Of a stretch of DNA of 64,000 nt, positions 8,616 through 18,666 are shown piece by piece. Origin of the DNA: a virus; the IMG/VR virus record IMGVR_UViG_3300029850_000008; one strand, 5' to 3'. Position numbers and translations under genes: made by a program. The notes below the pieces were generated by a model. That model was not told the DNA's origin, did not search any database, and was given only the letters and a program-made list of their open reading frames with translations. The first letter of the stretch is position 1, and every line of letters begins with the position of its first letter.

Positions 8616-8833
8616 AATTTAAAGATTTTGTGAATTGGTGCAATGGAAGAGCATGTGATGGATGCTGGGGAATGCTAACAGCTATGGTATGCATTGATTT
8701 GATACAACAGGTTAGAAAAATCCCTTTTTGGAAAAGAGAGAAGTTTTGGAAAGAAAATTACGAACAGCAGGTATTAGACGAGATTGTTAATCCGATAGAG
8801 AAGAAGCTGGATGAAATGGAAAAAGGAGATTGA
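8612..8833 (+). CDS. Hypothetical protein
   Basis: ORF. Confidence 0.4.
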   Translation: MKFKDFVNWCNGRACDGCWGMLTAMVCIDLIQQVRKIPFWKREKFWKENYEQQVLDEIVNPIEKKLDEMEKGD

Positions 8834-8837
8834 GAAT

Positions 8838-9290
8838 ATGGAACAGTTAATGCTTGAAGATATGATAAAAGCCCTAAAATGTATTGCCAGCCAAGATGCT
8901 GATGGGGATTGCTATATGGAACACGAGAATTTTAAACATATGGAAGATGAAAATTACAAGCCCATTGTCTGTGCGACTGGTGAGAATTTAAGAGATCCAA
9001 TTAGCGGAGAAGATGCTATTAGTTGCCCATATTATAATAAAGCATATGAGTGTTGCCTTGAAGATGGGGATCTGTCTTGGATGAAAGATGTTGCAGAACT
9101 TCTGGAAAAGCAAATTCCAAAAACCATAAAAATGAATGACGAAATAAAATATTTGGATGGAGAAGGCGTTGGCTGGGTATGCCCAGGGTGCAATACAGTG
9201 ATTTTTGATTTTGGCATTTATGATTACTGCCCTCATTGTGGTCAGAGATTGGAATGGAGAGATGATAATATTGAAGCTGAAAGTAATTAG
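8838..9290 (+). CDS. Cys-rich hypothetical protein
   Basis: GGAG RBS before ATG 8838; CPGC...CPHC zinc ribbon at C-terminus. Confidence 0.5.
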   Translation: MEQLMLEDMIKALKCIASQDADGDCYMEHENFKHMEDENYKPIVCATGENLRDPISGEDAISCPYYNKAYECCLEDGDLSWMKDVAELLEKQIPKTIKMNDEIKYLDGEGVGWVCPGCNTVIFDFGIYDYCPHCGQRLEWRDDNIEAESN

Positions 9291-10002
9291 CAGTGGAAGC
9301 CAGTACGGTAATTGCTATGCAATTATAGCCGGAAGCGAGATATTGCTGCTAGATTGTGGATGCAGATACAGTGATATTTTAAAAGGAATCGGATATAAAA
9401 TCACAAATGTGGTCGGTTGCTTGTTGACACATGAACATGGAGACCATTCCAAATCATATAAAGAGATTTTAAAGGCTGGAATTCCAATCTATACAAATGA
9501 TGAAGCGGCAGATTCTCTTGAAATTATCACGGGTGAGAAAATGATTGGGAAACAGGAAAAACGCCCATTTATGGCTGGAAATTTTGTGATTACGCCATTT
9601 TATGTGCCACATGATGGCACGCCAAACTATGCGTATCTGGTCAGATTGCCGGATGGTGGAGTTTTCCTATATGCTACGGACTTTTTGTATTTGCCATATA
9701 AGTTTCAAAAAATGAGGATCAATCATTTTCTCATAGAGTGCAATCATATGGACGAATCACCAGATGAAAGCTCTATGAAGTACAACCATAGCATTTGTGG
9801 GCATTCAAGGCTTTCTGAAGTGAAGAAAATCATAGATATAAATAAAAGTTCTTCGCTCAGAAATGTGATTCTATGTCACTTGTCAGAAACGTGGGGGAAC
9901 CCAGAAATAATGCAAAACGAAGTTCAATCTATTATTCCAGATGTTAATGTTCAGATTGCAGATCCTGGGCTTGAAGTTGATTTGAAATTAGAGCCATTTT
10001 AG
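9262..10002 (+). CDS. Metallo-beta-lactamase-fold hydrolase (possible recombination nuclease)
   Basis: LLTHEHGDH (HxHxDH) motif; start could also be TTG 9271. Confidence 0.7.
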   Translation: MIILKLKVISSGSQYGNCYAIIAGSEILLLDCGCRYSDILKGIGYKITNVVGCLLTHEHGDHSKSYKEILKAGIPIYTNDEAADSLEIITGEKMIGKQEKRPFMAGNFVITPFYVPHDGTPNYAYLVRLPDGGVFLYATDFLYLPYKFQKMRINHFLIECNHMDESPDESSMKYNHSICGHSRLSEVKKIIDINKSSSLRNVILCHLSETWGNPEIMQNEVQSIIPDVNVQIADPGLEVDLKLEPF

Positions 10003-10038
10003 AAAATGAGTGTTTGTTAGAAAGGGTTTAAAGTTACA

Positions 10039-10182
10039 ATGATTACTGCAACAGATTATGTGAAAAAGAAAAAATCAAGCGATATTAAATGGTTGGAAAT
10101 GCTGGAAAGCCTTGGATTTAAAAATGTAGGGTTAGAAGAATCTATTCGGCTTTTTGAAGCAATCAGATATTTCCATAAATAA
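10039..10182 (+). CDS. Small hypothetical protein (47 aa)
   Basis: ATG 10039 to TAA 10180-10182, below the ORF-track cutoff. Confidence 0.3.
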   Translation: MITATDYVKKKKSSDIKWLEMLESLGFKNVGLEESIRLFEAIRYFHK

Positions 10183-10202
10183 CAGAAAGGAAGGTATTGA
10201 AA

Positions 10203-10649
10203 ATGAACAAAGTTATTCTGATTGGTCGGTTAACCCGTGATCCAGAAGTGAGATATTCTCAAGGTGAGGAGTCGATGGCGATTGCACGCTATACATTAGC
10301 TGTAGATCGTAGAGGTAAAAAAGATACGAATGAGCAGGCAGCGGATTTTATTAACTGCATTGCTTTTAGAAAAAACGGAGAATTTGCCGAAAAATATCTT
10401 ACCAAAGGGATGAAGATTGCAGTTGTTGGAAGAATCCAGACCGGATCATACACGAATAAAGACGGTCAAAAAGTTTACACCACAGATGTTGTTGTCGAAG
10501 AGCATGAATTCGCTGAGAGTAAATCTTCTGGAAATTCAAACTATTCCGATTCTAGCGGTTCTACAAAGTCAAAACCAGAAAATGCATCGAATGATGGATT
10601 TGTAAACATCCCGGATGGAGTTGAAGACGAAGGGCTTCCATTTAATTAA
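10203..10649 (+). CDS. ssb: Single-stranded DNA-binding protein
   Basis: MNKVILIGRLTRDPEVRYS.. OB-fold start and acidic tail ..EDEGLPFN. Confidence 0.9.
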   Translation: MNKVILIGRLTRDPEVRYSQGEESMAIARYTLAVDRRGKKDTNEQAADFINCIAFRKNGEFAEKYLTKGMKIAVVGRIQTGSYTNKDGQKVYTTDVVVEEHEFAESKSSGNSNYSDSSGSTKSKPENASNDGFVNIPDGVEDEGLPFN

Positions 10650-10734
10650 CCGTCTCAAGAATTCTACGGCCTCTTAGGTAGCGGGATGAATTGAGACAAA
10701 GAATAATATATGTGAAAGGAAGTGACAAAGAATA

Positions 10735-11112
10735 ATGACTTCAAGAAAACCATCAGAGATTATTAAGGATTTTTTGGATCTTATGGATAGTTCTCATGAC
10801 CAGTATTTGAATTCCAAGAAAACAGTGGAAAGTTATGATGAACAGACAATTTCATGGGTTCACAAAATCGAAAATGAGGATCTGGCAGAAGAGCGGAGTA
10901 AAATTTCTACTGCCTGGCATAAAGAGAGACTTGCTAGAAGAGCAGAGAAAAATAACATGCTTCTGTATGAAAAAATCCATGAGTTTTCTATTAATGAGAT
11001 GAACAAGTCAACTTTGAAGCGTTTAAGAAGTATGCTTGGAAACCAGATTAAGACAGAGGAATATCTGTCACAGGAAAATAAGGTTTTGAAAAGCAAACGG
11101 AGGATAGAGTAA
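10735..11112 (+). CDS. Hypothetical protein
   Basis: ORF. Confidence 0.5.
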   Translation: MTSRKPSEIIKDFLDLMDSSHDQYLNSKKTVESYDEQTISWVHKIENEDLAEERSKISTAWHKERLARRAEKNNMLLYEKIHEFSINEMNKSTLKRLRSMLGNQIKTEEYLSQENKVLKSKRRIE

Positions 11113-11690
11113 TGGTCATTGGAGTTGATAAGGCTCAACAGGACGGAAAACACATTTTGAAACACAAAATGTTGCAAGATATGGGAAATCAGCTGATTGA
11201 TCTTCCAATTCCTGTTGGGGACTATATCGAAATCACACCGGAAATCAAGGAAGTGATTGACCGGAGAGGAGATAAGCTAAAGAAAATGGATCTCATTGGT
11301 TTAATCAATGTATCTGTAGATACAAAGAGAGACTGTGAAGAGTTATATTCCTGCTTGATGCAGGGGCATAAGCGATTTTCGGATAGTTGTTTTTTGGCTC
11401 ATAATAACGGAATCCGGCTGGTTATTCTTGTTGAAAATCTGGATGGTGTCACGTCAGTAGACAATCTGGAAAAATGGAAGAATGAAAAACGGTGGAAAAG
11501 CTACTTCATTGCCAGAAAAAGAGCGGAAAGAGCTGGAACAAAGGCTCCGAAACCTCCATGCAAACCATCTCAGCTGAAACAGATCATGTGGACGATGCAT
11601 GGAAAATATGGAACAGAATTTGTTTTTTGTAGACCAGAAGAAACGGCACAGAAAATAGTAGAATATCTTACATCAGATAATAGTAAGTAA
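11112..11690 (+). CDS. Possible ERCC4/Hjc-like nuclease
   Basis: PVGDY...VDTKRDCEEL resembles GDxn-ERKxxxD nuclease motif; weak. Confidence 0.3.
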   Translation: MVIGVDKAQQDGKHILKHKMLQDMGNQLIDLPIPVGDYIEITPEIKEVIDRRGDKLKKMDLIGLINVSVDTKRDCEELYSCLMQGHKRFSDSCFLAHNNGIRLVILVENLDGVTSVDNLEKWKNEKRWKSYFIARKRAERAGTKAPKPPCKPSQLKQIMWTMHGKYGTEFVFCRPEETAQKIVEYLTSDNSK

Positions 11691-11805
11691 ATCTAAAGAT
11701 CATAAACATCAGATAACCCAGGTGAATCATCCTGGAATACCAATAAAAAGAAGAAAGGAACCGAACCTCCGGCCGGGGCAATGCTATAGCAGGTTCCTAT
11801 AAAAA

Positions 11806-14322
11806 ATGACATACAAAGAATTTTTAGAGACAAAGATTGAGCTTGCGACCGAAAGCGGATTTGTTGTAAGTCAAGAGGAAGTCAACAGTGCATTAAAACC
11901 ACACCAGAAAGATGCGGTGATGTGGGCGCTAAGAGGTGGCAGAAGGGCGTTATTTGAGAGCTTTGGACTTGGAAAGACGGCACAGGAAATTGAATTCTGC
12001 CACTTGGCAGCGAAACATAGTGGTGGAAGGGCATTAATTGTGTTGCCGCTTGGAGTAAAACAAGAGTTTACCAGAGATGCTGTGGAAATTCTTGGCTATG
12101 AAAAACCAGAATACTGTCGGACGATGGAAGAGGTGGAAAAAAGTACAAGTCAGATTGTATTAACTAACTATGAACGAGTCAGAGATGGAGACATTAGACC
12201 GGATTATTTTGTGGCAACTTCTCTTGATGAAGCGAGTGTATTGAGGAGTTTTGGAAGCAAGACCTATCAAACATTTTTGGACAAGTTCAAGAATGTACCA
12301 TATAAACTAGTAGCGACTGCTACACCGTCACCAAACAAATACAAGGAACTAATTCACTATGCTGGTTACCTGGAAGTGATGGATACTGGGCAGGCGTTGA
12401 CAAGATTCTTTCAGAGAGATAGCACAAAGGCAAATAATTTGACATTGTACCCAAACATGGAAGATGAGTTCTGGATGTGGGTAAGTAGTTGGGCATTATT
12501 CATCACTAGACCCTCAGATCTGAATCCTAATTATTCAGACGATGGATATGATCTGCCGCCGCTGGAAGTAAGATGGCATGAACTTCCAGTACACTACGGA
12601 GATACCTCTGGTAAGGATGGCCAGATGCAACTATTTCAAGAAGCAGCAGAAGGGTTGAAAGAAGCTGCATCAGTAAAGCGTGACAGCATAGATCAGCGAG
12701 TGGCCGAAATGAAGAGAATCGTAGAAGAATCACCAAATGATCATTTCTTATTGTGGCATGATCTGGAAAATGAGCGTCATGCCATTAAAAAAGCATTACC
12801 GGATACTGTAGATATTTATGGAGCTATGGACTATGACCTGAGAGAACAACTGGTGATTGACTTTTCAAATGGAGCGACCAAATTATTTGCCACAAAGAAA
12901 TCATTGTCGGGATCCGGATGTAATTTCCAGAGATATTGTCACAGGGAGATTTTTCTGGGAATTGATTATGAGTTTAATGATTTCATTCAGGCCGTGCACC
13001 GATGTTACAGATTTTTACAGAAAGAACCAGTTGTGATCGATATTATTTACATTGAGAATGAGAGACAGATAAAAGAAGCATTGATGGAAAAATGGAAGAA
13101 TCATAATCATATGGTTTTCAAAATGATAGAAATCGTAAAAAAATATGGACTGACGTCTGCAAATAAAGAGGAGCGGCTGGAAAGGAAAATGGGAGTGGAA
13201 GGAAGTAGAGAAGAAAGAACAGTAAGAGGAAAACACTATGAAGCGGTATATGGTGACTGCGTGGAAGAAACTAGAACAATGGAAAGCAACAGTGTAGATC
13301 TGATCCACACATCAATCCCATTTGGTAATCACTATGAGTATAGCGCCAATTATAACGATTTTGGACACAACCAGAATACAGAACGATTCTTTGAACAGAT
13401 GGATTTTCTTACACCAGAGCTGCTGCGGGTATTGCGTCCTGGAAGAGTGGCAGCAATTCATGTAAAGGATCGTGTGCTGTTCGGAAATGCTACAGGTACG
13501 GGAATGCCAACTGTCGAACCTTTTCATGCACTGTGTATCAGTCATTATATGAAGCATGGTTTTCAGTATTTTGGCATGATTACAGTTGTTACAGATGTGG
13601 TTCGAGAAAATAACCAAACATATCGTTTAGGGTGGACGGAACAGTGCAAAGACGGTTCAAAGATGGGGGTAGGATGCCCAGAATATATTTTACTATTCCG
13701 AAAACTCCCGACAGACAGATCTACTGCATATGCTGATGTACCAGTTAAGAAGTCAAAAGAGGACTATACCAGGGCGCAGTGGCAGATTGATGCACATGGC
13801 TACTGGAGATCATCAGGTGATCGGTTGGTCGGCAAGGAAGAGCTGGAAAACATATCTGTAGATAACTTGCAGGCGGTATACCGGAAATACAGCCGGGAAA
13901 GTGTATACAACTATGAAGACCATGTGAATCTGGCAAAGAAACTGGATGAAAACGGAAAGTTACCGGCTACGTTCATGGTGGTTGCACCGGGATCATGGAA
14001 TCAGTTGGAGGTATGGGATGATATTAACCGGATGCGGACACTGAACACCACACAGAGCCGTAGACGTGCTCAAATGCACGTGTGCCCGTTACAGCTGGAT
14101 ATCGTTGAGAGAATCATCAATAGATACAGTAATGAGGGTGATACTGTCTATGATCCGTTTGGCGGTCTTATGACAGTACCTATGATAGCTGTGAAAATGC
14201 ATAGATTTGGAAAAGGATGCGAGCTGAATGCTGACTATTTCCGGGATGGAATTGGTTATTTGCAAGCAGTTGAAAACGAGATCGACTCTCCTACGTTGTT
14301 CGATTTTATGCAAGAAGTATAG
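11806..14322 (+). CDS. Superfamily-2 helicase fused to N6/N4 DNA methyltransferase
   Basis: GLGKT (I), DEAS (II), TATPSPN (III), QAVHRCYR (VI), then SIPF (DPPY-like motif IV) followed by DPFGGLMT (AdoMet motif I): beta-class order. Confidence 0.75.
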   Translation: MTYKEFLETKIELATESGFVVSQEEVNSALKPHQKDAVMWALRGGRRALFESFGLGKTAQEIEFCHLAAKHSGGRALIVLPLGVKQEFTRDAVEILGYEKPEYCRTMEEVEKSTSQIVLTNYERVRDGDIRPDYFVATSLDEASVLRSFGSKTYQTFLDKFKNVPYKLVATATPSPNKYKELIHYAGYLEVMDTGQALTRFFQRDSTKANNLTLYPNMEDEFWMWVSSWALFITRPSDLNPNYSDDGYDLPPLEVRWHELPVHYGDTSGKDGQMQLFQEAAEGLKEAASVKRDSIDQRVAEMKRIVEESPNDHFLLWHDLENERHAIKKALPDTVDIYGAMDYDLREQLVIDFSNGATKLFATKKSLSGSGCNFQRYCHREIFLGIDYEFNDFIQAVHRCYRFLQKEPVVIDIIYIENERQIKEALMEKWKNHNHMVFKMIEIVKKYGLTSANKEERLERKMGVEGSREERTVRGKHYEAVYGDCVEETRTMESNSVDLIHTSIPFGNHYEYSANYNDFGHNQNTERFFEQMDFLTPELLRVLRPGRVAAIHVKDRVLFGNATGTGMPTVEPFHALCISHYMKHGFQYFGMITVVTDVVRENNQTYRLGWTEQCKDGSKMGVGCPEYILLFRKLPTDRSTAYADVPVKKSKEDYTRAQWQIDAHGYWRSSGDRLVGKEELENISVDNLQAVYRKYSRESVYNYEDHVNLAKKLDENGKLPATFMVVAPGSWNQLEVWDDINRMRTLNTTQSRRRAQMHVCPLQLDIVERIINRYSNEGDTVYDPFGGLMTVPMIAVKMHRFGKGCELNADYFRDGIGYLQAVENEIDSPTLFDFMQEV

Positions 14323-14342
14323 ATATTCCAGGAGTAATTAAA

Positions 14343-14999
14343 ATGCCAACATCAATCTACCAAAAAAGAATGTATCAAAAAAGAAGATCGCTAGGTCTTT
14401 GCGTTGATTGCGGTAATCCTGCTGAAAATGGTGCGTGCAGATGCCTAAACTGTAGCACGAATAAAAATAATGAGAAAGCATTGAATTACCGATTGTATCA
14501 ATCCTATGGAGTATGCCCTATATGCAAAGTTAATTCAATTATGGGTGATGAAAAAACTTGTCCAGAGTGCAGAGCCACTTCTGTAGAATATTCAAATGAT
14601 TGGCATAGGAAAAATCGTGACCAATATAACCAGACTCATCGTACATGGGCAAAGATGGAATACTCCAATAGAAAAGAACTTGGAATATGTACCAGGTGTG
14701 GAAAAAGAAAATCAATAAACGGAAGAGTTATGTGCGGTATATGTGCAGATAAGGCAAGGAAGCAGAAAGAAAAGAAGAGAGTTTCGGCCATGACAAAATC
14801 CGAGAGAATTGAAAATGGAATCTGCTATTTTTGTGACAATCCAGCAAAGAAAGGTTATAAGGTGTGTGAAGAACATTATCAGAAAAACCTTGAGAATCTG
14901 AAACATCCAAAATGTGTGGAAGCAACCAATAAAGAGAAGAAAAAAATTCATCGTATTATTCAAGGGAGGAAAGCAAGAAATGAACGAATTTGCAATTAA
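14343..14999 (+). CDS. Protein with four CxxC...CxxC zinc-ribbon repeats
   Basis: Repeated G(L/I)CxxCG...C..C units. Confidence 0.5.
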   Translation: MPTSIYQKRMYQKRRSLGLCVDCGNPAENGACRCLNCSTNKNNEKALNYRLYQSYGVCPICKVNSIMGDEKTCPECRATSVEYSNDWHRKNRDQYNQTHRTWAKMEYSNRKELGICTRCGKRKSINGRVMCGICADKARKQKEKKRVSAMTKSERIENGICYFCDNPAKKGYKVCEEHYQKNLENLKHPKCVEATNKEKKKIHRIIQGRKARNERICN

Positions 15000-15264
15000 C
15001 TGGATTAAGGGTGGAACATATGCAGAAATTACCGTGCCGAGTGGTACTGCTTTAAAATCAAAATTACTGAAACTGGCAAAAAGAAAGCCAAATGAAGTAA
15101 ACCATGTAATTATCAATAAAGATGGTTCCATGGTTTGCCACGTACCGATTAATTATATCAAAGTTAGTCCTCCAAGAAAGATTTCCGATGAACAGGCAGC
15201 AGCGGCAAGCGATCGTTTTAAGCAGATGTGGGAAGAAAAGAAATCTGAAAGCAATTTGAATTAG
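14980..15264 (+). CDS. Hypothetical protein
   Basis: GGGAGG RBS before ATG 14980. Confidence 0.5.
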   Translation: MNEFAINWIKGGTYAEITVPSGTALKSKLLKLAKRKPNEVNHVIINKDGSMVCHVPINYIKVSPPRKISDEQAAAASDRFKQMWEEKKSESNLN

Positions 15265-15337
15265 AAACAATTAACAATCCGCCCAGATCCATATGATTTG
15301 GGCGGAAATCAACTAATCAGAGAGGCGGCATAGTGTT

Positions 15338-16087
15338 ATGGGAGAAAAAAGAGGCTATGCATTAACAGAAAGTAATCCATTTTCCGGAAGAATCATAGAA
15401 AAGTTAGGAAAACTGCCTGGTGGTGATAGATTATCGCTTGCTTATTTAAAAATGTATATTTTACAGAAGAATAATATGTTGGAAACATATCTTTTTGAAA
15501 AATCTGGATTTTATCCATTGGCACAGGCAATTAACGAAGACGAAGAAATAGTTCGTTTATTGTGTTCTTATCTTATTTCTACTAATGAGTTGAAGTTGAC
15601 AGATGATTATAAAGAAAAATCAAAGAAAGAAAACCAGAAGAGAGAAACATTAATTAATGATGATGATATAGAAGAGATTATAAAAGTATGGAATGCATCT
15701 GGTGCTGATCCCGTAATACGAATTTCTAAGACAACTGATCGTTACAAGATGCTTATTTGCAGGGTAAGGGAGTACGGAAAAGACGCAGTCATTCAAGCCA
15801 TTAAAAATGTTTCTTCCAGTGACTTCTTAAGGGGGAAAAATGATCATGGGTGGAAAATTACATTTCAGTGGTTCGTTAAGCCTAACAACTTTGTAAAAGT
15901 ATATGAAGGTCAGTACAATAAAAGTAATAACGGTCATCAAAATAATACAGATAAATTTTACATGGTTCCAAAGGAAATTCGAGAGGACATGGAGCGTAGG
16001 GGAGTGATCCGAGATGGAAGCATTAACTATGCGAAGCTATCTGATCGGGATTCGGATATACTTAGAAACGCCGGGGTGAAAATTTGA
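15338..16087 (+). CDS. Phage replisome organizer-like protein
   Basis: N-terminal ..GRIIEKLGKLPGGDRLSLAYLKMYIL.. and C-terminal ..WKITFQWFVKPNNFVKVYEGQY resemble replisome-organizer proteins. Confidence 0.55.
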   Translation: MGEKRGYALTESNPFSGRIIEKLGKLPGGDRLSLAYLKMYILQKNNMLETYLFEKSGFYPLAQAINEDEEIVRLLCSYLISTNELKLTDDYKEKSKKENQKRETLINDDDIEEIIKVWNASGADPVIRISKTTDRYKMLICRVREYGKDAVIQAIKNVSSSDFLRGKNDHGWKITFQWFVKPNNFVKVYEGQYNKSNNGHQNNTDKFYMVPKEIREDMERRGVIRDGSINYAKLSDRDSDILRNAGVKI

Positions 16088-17904
16088 TGCAATACGAATT
16101 CAATGTACAAGATGCTTGGGATTTTGCTAGAAGAATGAATGAGCAGCCAAAGCAAAAGGGGGATGAACTTCATTTTCGCCTTTGCCCATATTGCAGAGGG
16201 GGGCAAGGTGGAAAAGACAAAGAAACGTTTTCAATAAATCTTATTACTGGACAGTTCAAGTGCTTGCGTGCATCATGTGGAATCACTGGAAACATGGTGA
16301 CACTAGCAAAAGATTTCGATTTTCGGTTAAGTGGTGACTACCAAGAGTATTTGAAGCCATCGAAACAGTTTCGTGCTCTGAAAACACCGCCAAAGCCGAT
16401 TATCCCCAAAGATCCGGCCATAAAATATTTAGAGTCCAGAGGAATTTCCAAAGAAACAGCTGAATTATATGAAATTACTGTTCAGAATGGAAAAGACAAC
16501 ATTCTGGTATTCCCTTTCTATGACGAAAATGGAAAGTTGCAGTTTGTGAAATACCGAAAAACGGATTTTAATAAGGAAAAAGATAAAAATAAAGAGTGGT
16601 GTGAATCATCCTGCAAGCCTATTTTGTTTGGAATGAAACAGTGTAAGGATTTCACCAGACTTATTTTAACAGAGGGACAATTAGATTCGCTTTCTGTTGC
16701 TGAATCTGGAATTGATAATGCAGTTTCGGTTCCAACAGGTGCCAAGGGATTTACCTGGATTCCATATTGTTGGGACTGGGTTCGGAAGTTTGAAGAAATC
16801 ATTGTTTTTGGAGACTGTGAAAACGGGAAGGTCACGCTTCTTGATGAAATAAAATCGAGATTTCCGAATAAAATCCGTGTAGTTCGCATGGATGATTACC
16901 AAGGATGCAAAGATGCAAATGAGATTTTGCAGAAACATGGCAAGGGCGCAGTGAAAAAAGCAGTAGAACAGGCTGAAATGCTTCCGGTTAAGCGTATCAA
17001 GCAATTTGCAGACATCAAAAGGGTTGATATTTATAAGCTACCAAAGTTAAAAACAGGCTTTAAGGAACTGGACAAAATCTTAGGTGGTGGTCTCTTTTTT
17101 GGACAGGTTGATTTAATTTGCGGCAAAAGAGGAGATGGAAAAAGTACTGTTGCGCAGCAAATTATTGGTGGATCAGTAGCCCAAGGATACCCAACATTAA
17201 TATATTCTGGTGAGTTGACGGATTATCTTTGTAAAAGCTGGCTTGATTTTCAAATGGCAGGTCCATCAAATGTCATTGAGAATTACAATATTGATGGAAC
17301 CATTCACAGATTTATCACAAATTCAACAGAAGAACTATTAAACAACTGGTATCGAGATAAATTATTTATTTACGATAATTCTATTATTGACGATGATGAA
17401 CCAGAAGATCTAATAAAGACCATAACGGAATCTATTATGCAATACGGAATAAAGGTTATATTGATTGATAACCTCATGACAGCCATTGACCTAGATGCTT
17501 CTCCGGAATCCGACAAATACGAGAGACAGTCAAAATTTGTGAAAAATTTGGCTAAAATTGCCACGAAGTATGATGTTTTGATTATTCTGGTAGCACACAA
17601 GAGAAAGAACGGTTATACCACAGATGCAAATGATGAGGTTTCCGGATCTGCAGATATCACAAATGCTGCCGGCGTAGTCATGAGTTATGACCGAGACACT
17701 GAGTTACCACAAGATCAGCGGAAATTGATTCTATCAAAAAGCCGTATTATGGGAAAATTGAATTATGATGGCTATATCCTTCAATACGATGAAAAATCAA
17801 AAAGAATCTTTTCCAATGCAGAAGAATTGAATCGTAGATACGGATGGGAAAAAGAAAATAACGGATTCTATGAAAGCGCAGAAGGAGATGTGGTGTTTGC
17901 ATGA
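16087..17904 (+). CDS. Bifunctional primase-helicase (T7 gp4/Twinkle-like)
   Basis: CPYC...C..SCG zinc finger, TOPRIM (LTEGQLDSLS, FGDCEN), Walker A GKRGDGKST, DnaB-like C-terminus. Confidence 0.8.
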   Translation: MQYEFNVQDAWDFARRMNEQPKQKGDELHFRLCPYCRGGQGGKDKETFSINLITGQFKCLRASCGITGNMVTLAKDFDFRLSGDYQEYLKPSKQFRALKTPPKPIIPKDPAIKYLESRGISKETAELYEITVQNGKDNILVFPFYDENGKLQFVKYRKTDFNKEKDKNKEWCESSCKPILFGMKQCKDFTRLILTEGQLDSLSVAESGIDNAVSVPTGAKGFTWIPYCWDWVRKFEEIIVFGDCENGKVTLLDEIKSRFPNKIRVVRMDDYQGCKDANEILQKHGKGAVKKAVEQAEMLPVKRIKQFADIKRVDIYKLPKLKTGFKELDKILGGGLFFGQVDLICGKRGDGKSTVAQQIIGGSVAQGYPTLIYSGELTDYLCKSWLDFQMAGPSNVIENYNIDGTIHRFITNSTEELLNNWYRDKLFIYDNSIIDDDEPEDLIKTITESIMQYGIKVILIDNLMTAIDLDASPESDKYERQSKFVKNLAKIATKYDVLIILVAHKRKNGYTTDANDEVSGSADITNAAGVVMSYDRDTELPQDQRKLILSKSRIMGKLNYDGYILQYDEKSKRIFSNAEELNRRYGWEKENNGFYESAEGDVVFA

Positions 17905-18155
17905 AAGAAATGAAAAATACAGATGTTATGGCATTGATGAATGATATTCATAACGTATTTTTTAAAAAATACCGTGACATGGAATTAAGCCCAGATTCAA
18001 CAGCATGGGATGACATTGTTGCAGATGCCGGGAAACTGATGGATAAGTACAAGGAATTTACACATATGGAGTGTGGGACAGAGGTCAGAAGTGCTGATGC
18101 CCCAATACTCTGGATGCTTGGAATACTGGAAAGAAGGTCGAAAAAGAATGAATAG
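17901..18155 (+). CDS. Hypothetical protein
   Basis: ORF overlapping stop of primase-helicase. Confidence 0.45.
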   Translation: MKEMKNTDVMALMNDIHNVFFKKYRDMELSPDSTAWDDIVADAGKLMDKYKEFTHMECGTEVRSADAPILWMLGILERRSKKNE

Positions 18156-18477
18156 ACAGCAAAGAAGATTATCTGAAAAAATGCAAGGGAAGAAACGATC
18201 CTATACAGACGAAGAAATGCATGAAATTTGTGAAAAATACGCCAAAAAGCGTATTGAAATGGATCGAAAGAAAAGCAATGAAGTGGAAATTGAATTGTAT
18301 TTCACTGCTTTGGGATTAGCATTGGAAGAGATTCATGGTTTTAAAATGGAGCGGATCTTGAATGTGTGGAAGAAAACGGATGAATACATTTCAAAGATTC
18401 CGGCTGGTGAATGCACATTTGAAGATTTGAAAAATATGCTTTATGAACGTGCGAATATCATTTGCAGCTTTGAATAG
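18148..18477 (+). CDS. Hypothetical protein
   Basis: ATG 18148 (MNRQQRRL..). Confidence 0.45.
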   Translation: MNRQQRRLSEKMQGKKRSYTDEEMHEICEKYAKKRIEMDRKKSNEVEIELYFTALGLALEEIHGFKMERILNVWKKTDEYISKIPAGECTFEDLKNMLYERANIICSFE

Positions 18478-18491
18478 GTTGGTGAGGACAA

Positions 18492-18632
18492 ATGGGGATT
18501 GATAAAACCATATTACTTATGATAAATGAGCGGTTATACAAAAATGGAAAGATAGATAAATACACGAAAGAAAAAATAGAAAAGGAGATTAATAAAAATG
18601 ATTGTAAAACAGGAATGGATAGACTAAAATAA
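18492..18632 (+). CDS. Small protein (46 aa) upstream of recombinase
   Basis: ATG 18492 to TAA 18630-18632; GGTGAGG RBS. Confidence 0.35.
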   Translation: MGIDKTILLMINERLYKNGKIDKYTKEKIEKEINKNDCKTGMDRLK

Positions 18633-18666
18633 TGGTAGGTTCTGTCCTTCCATATGGAGGATTAGC

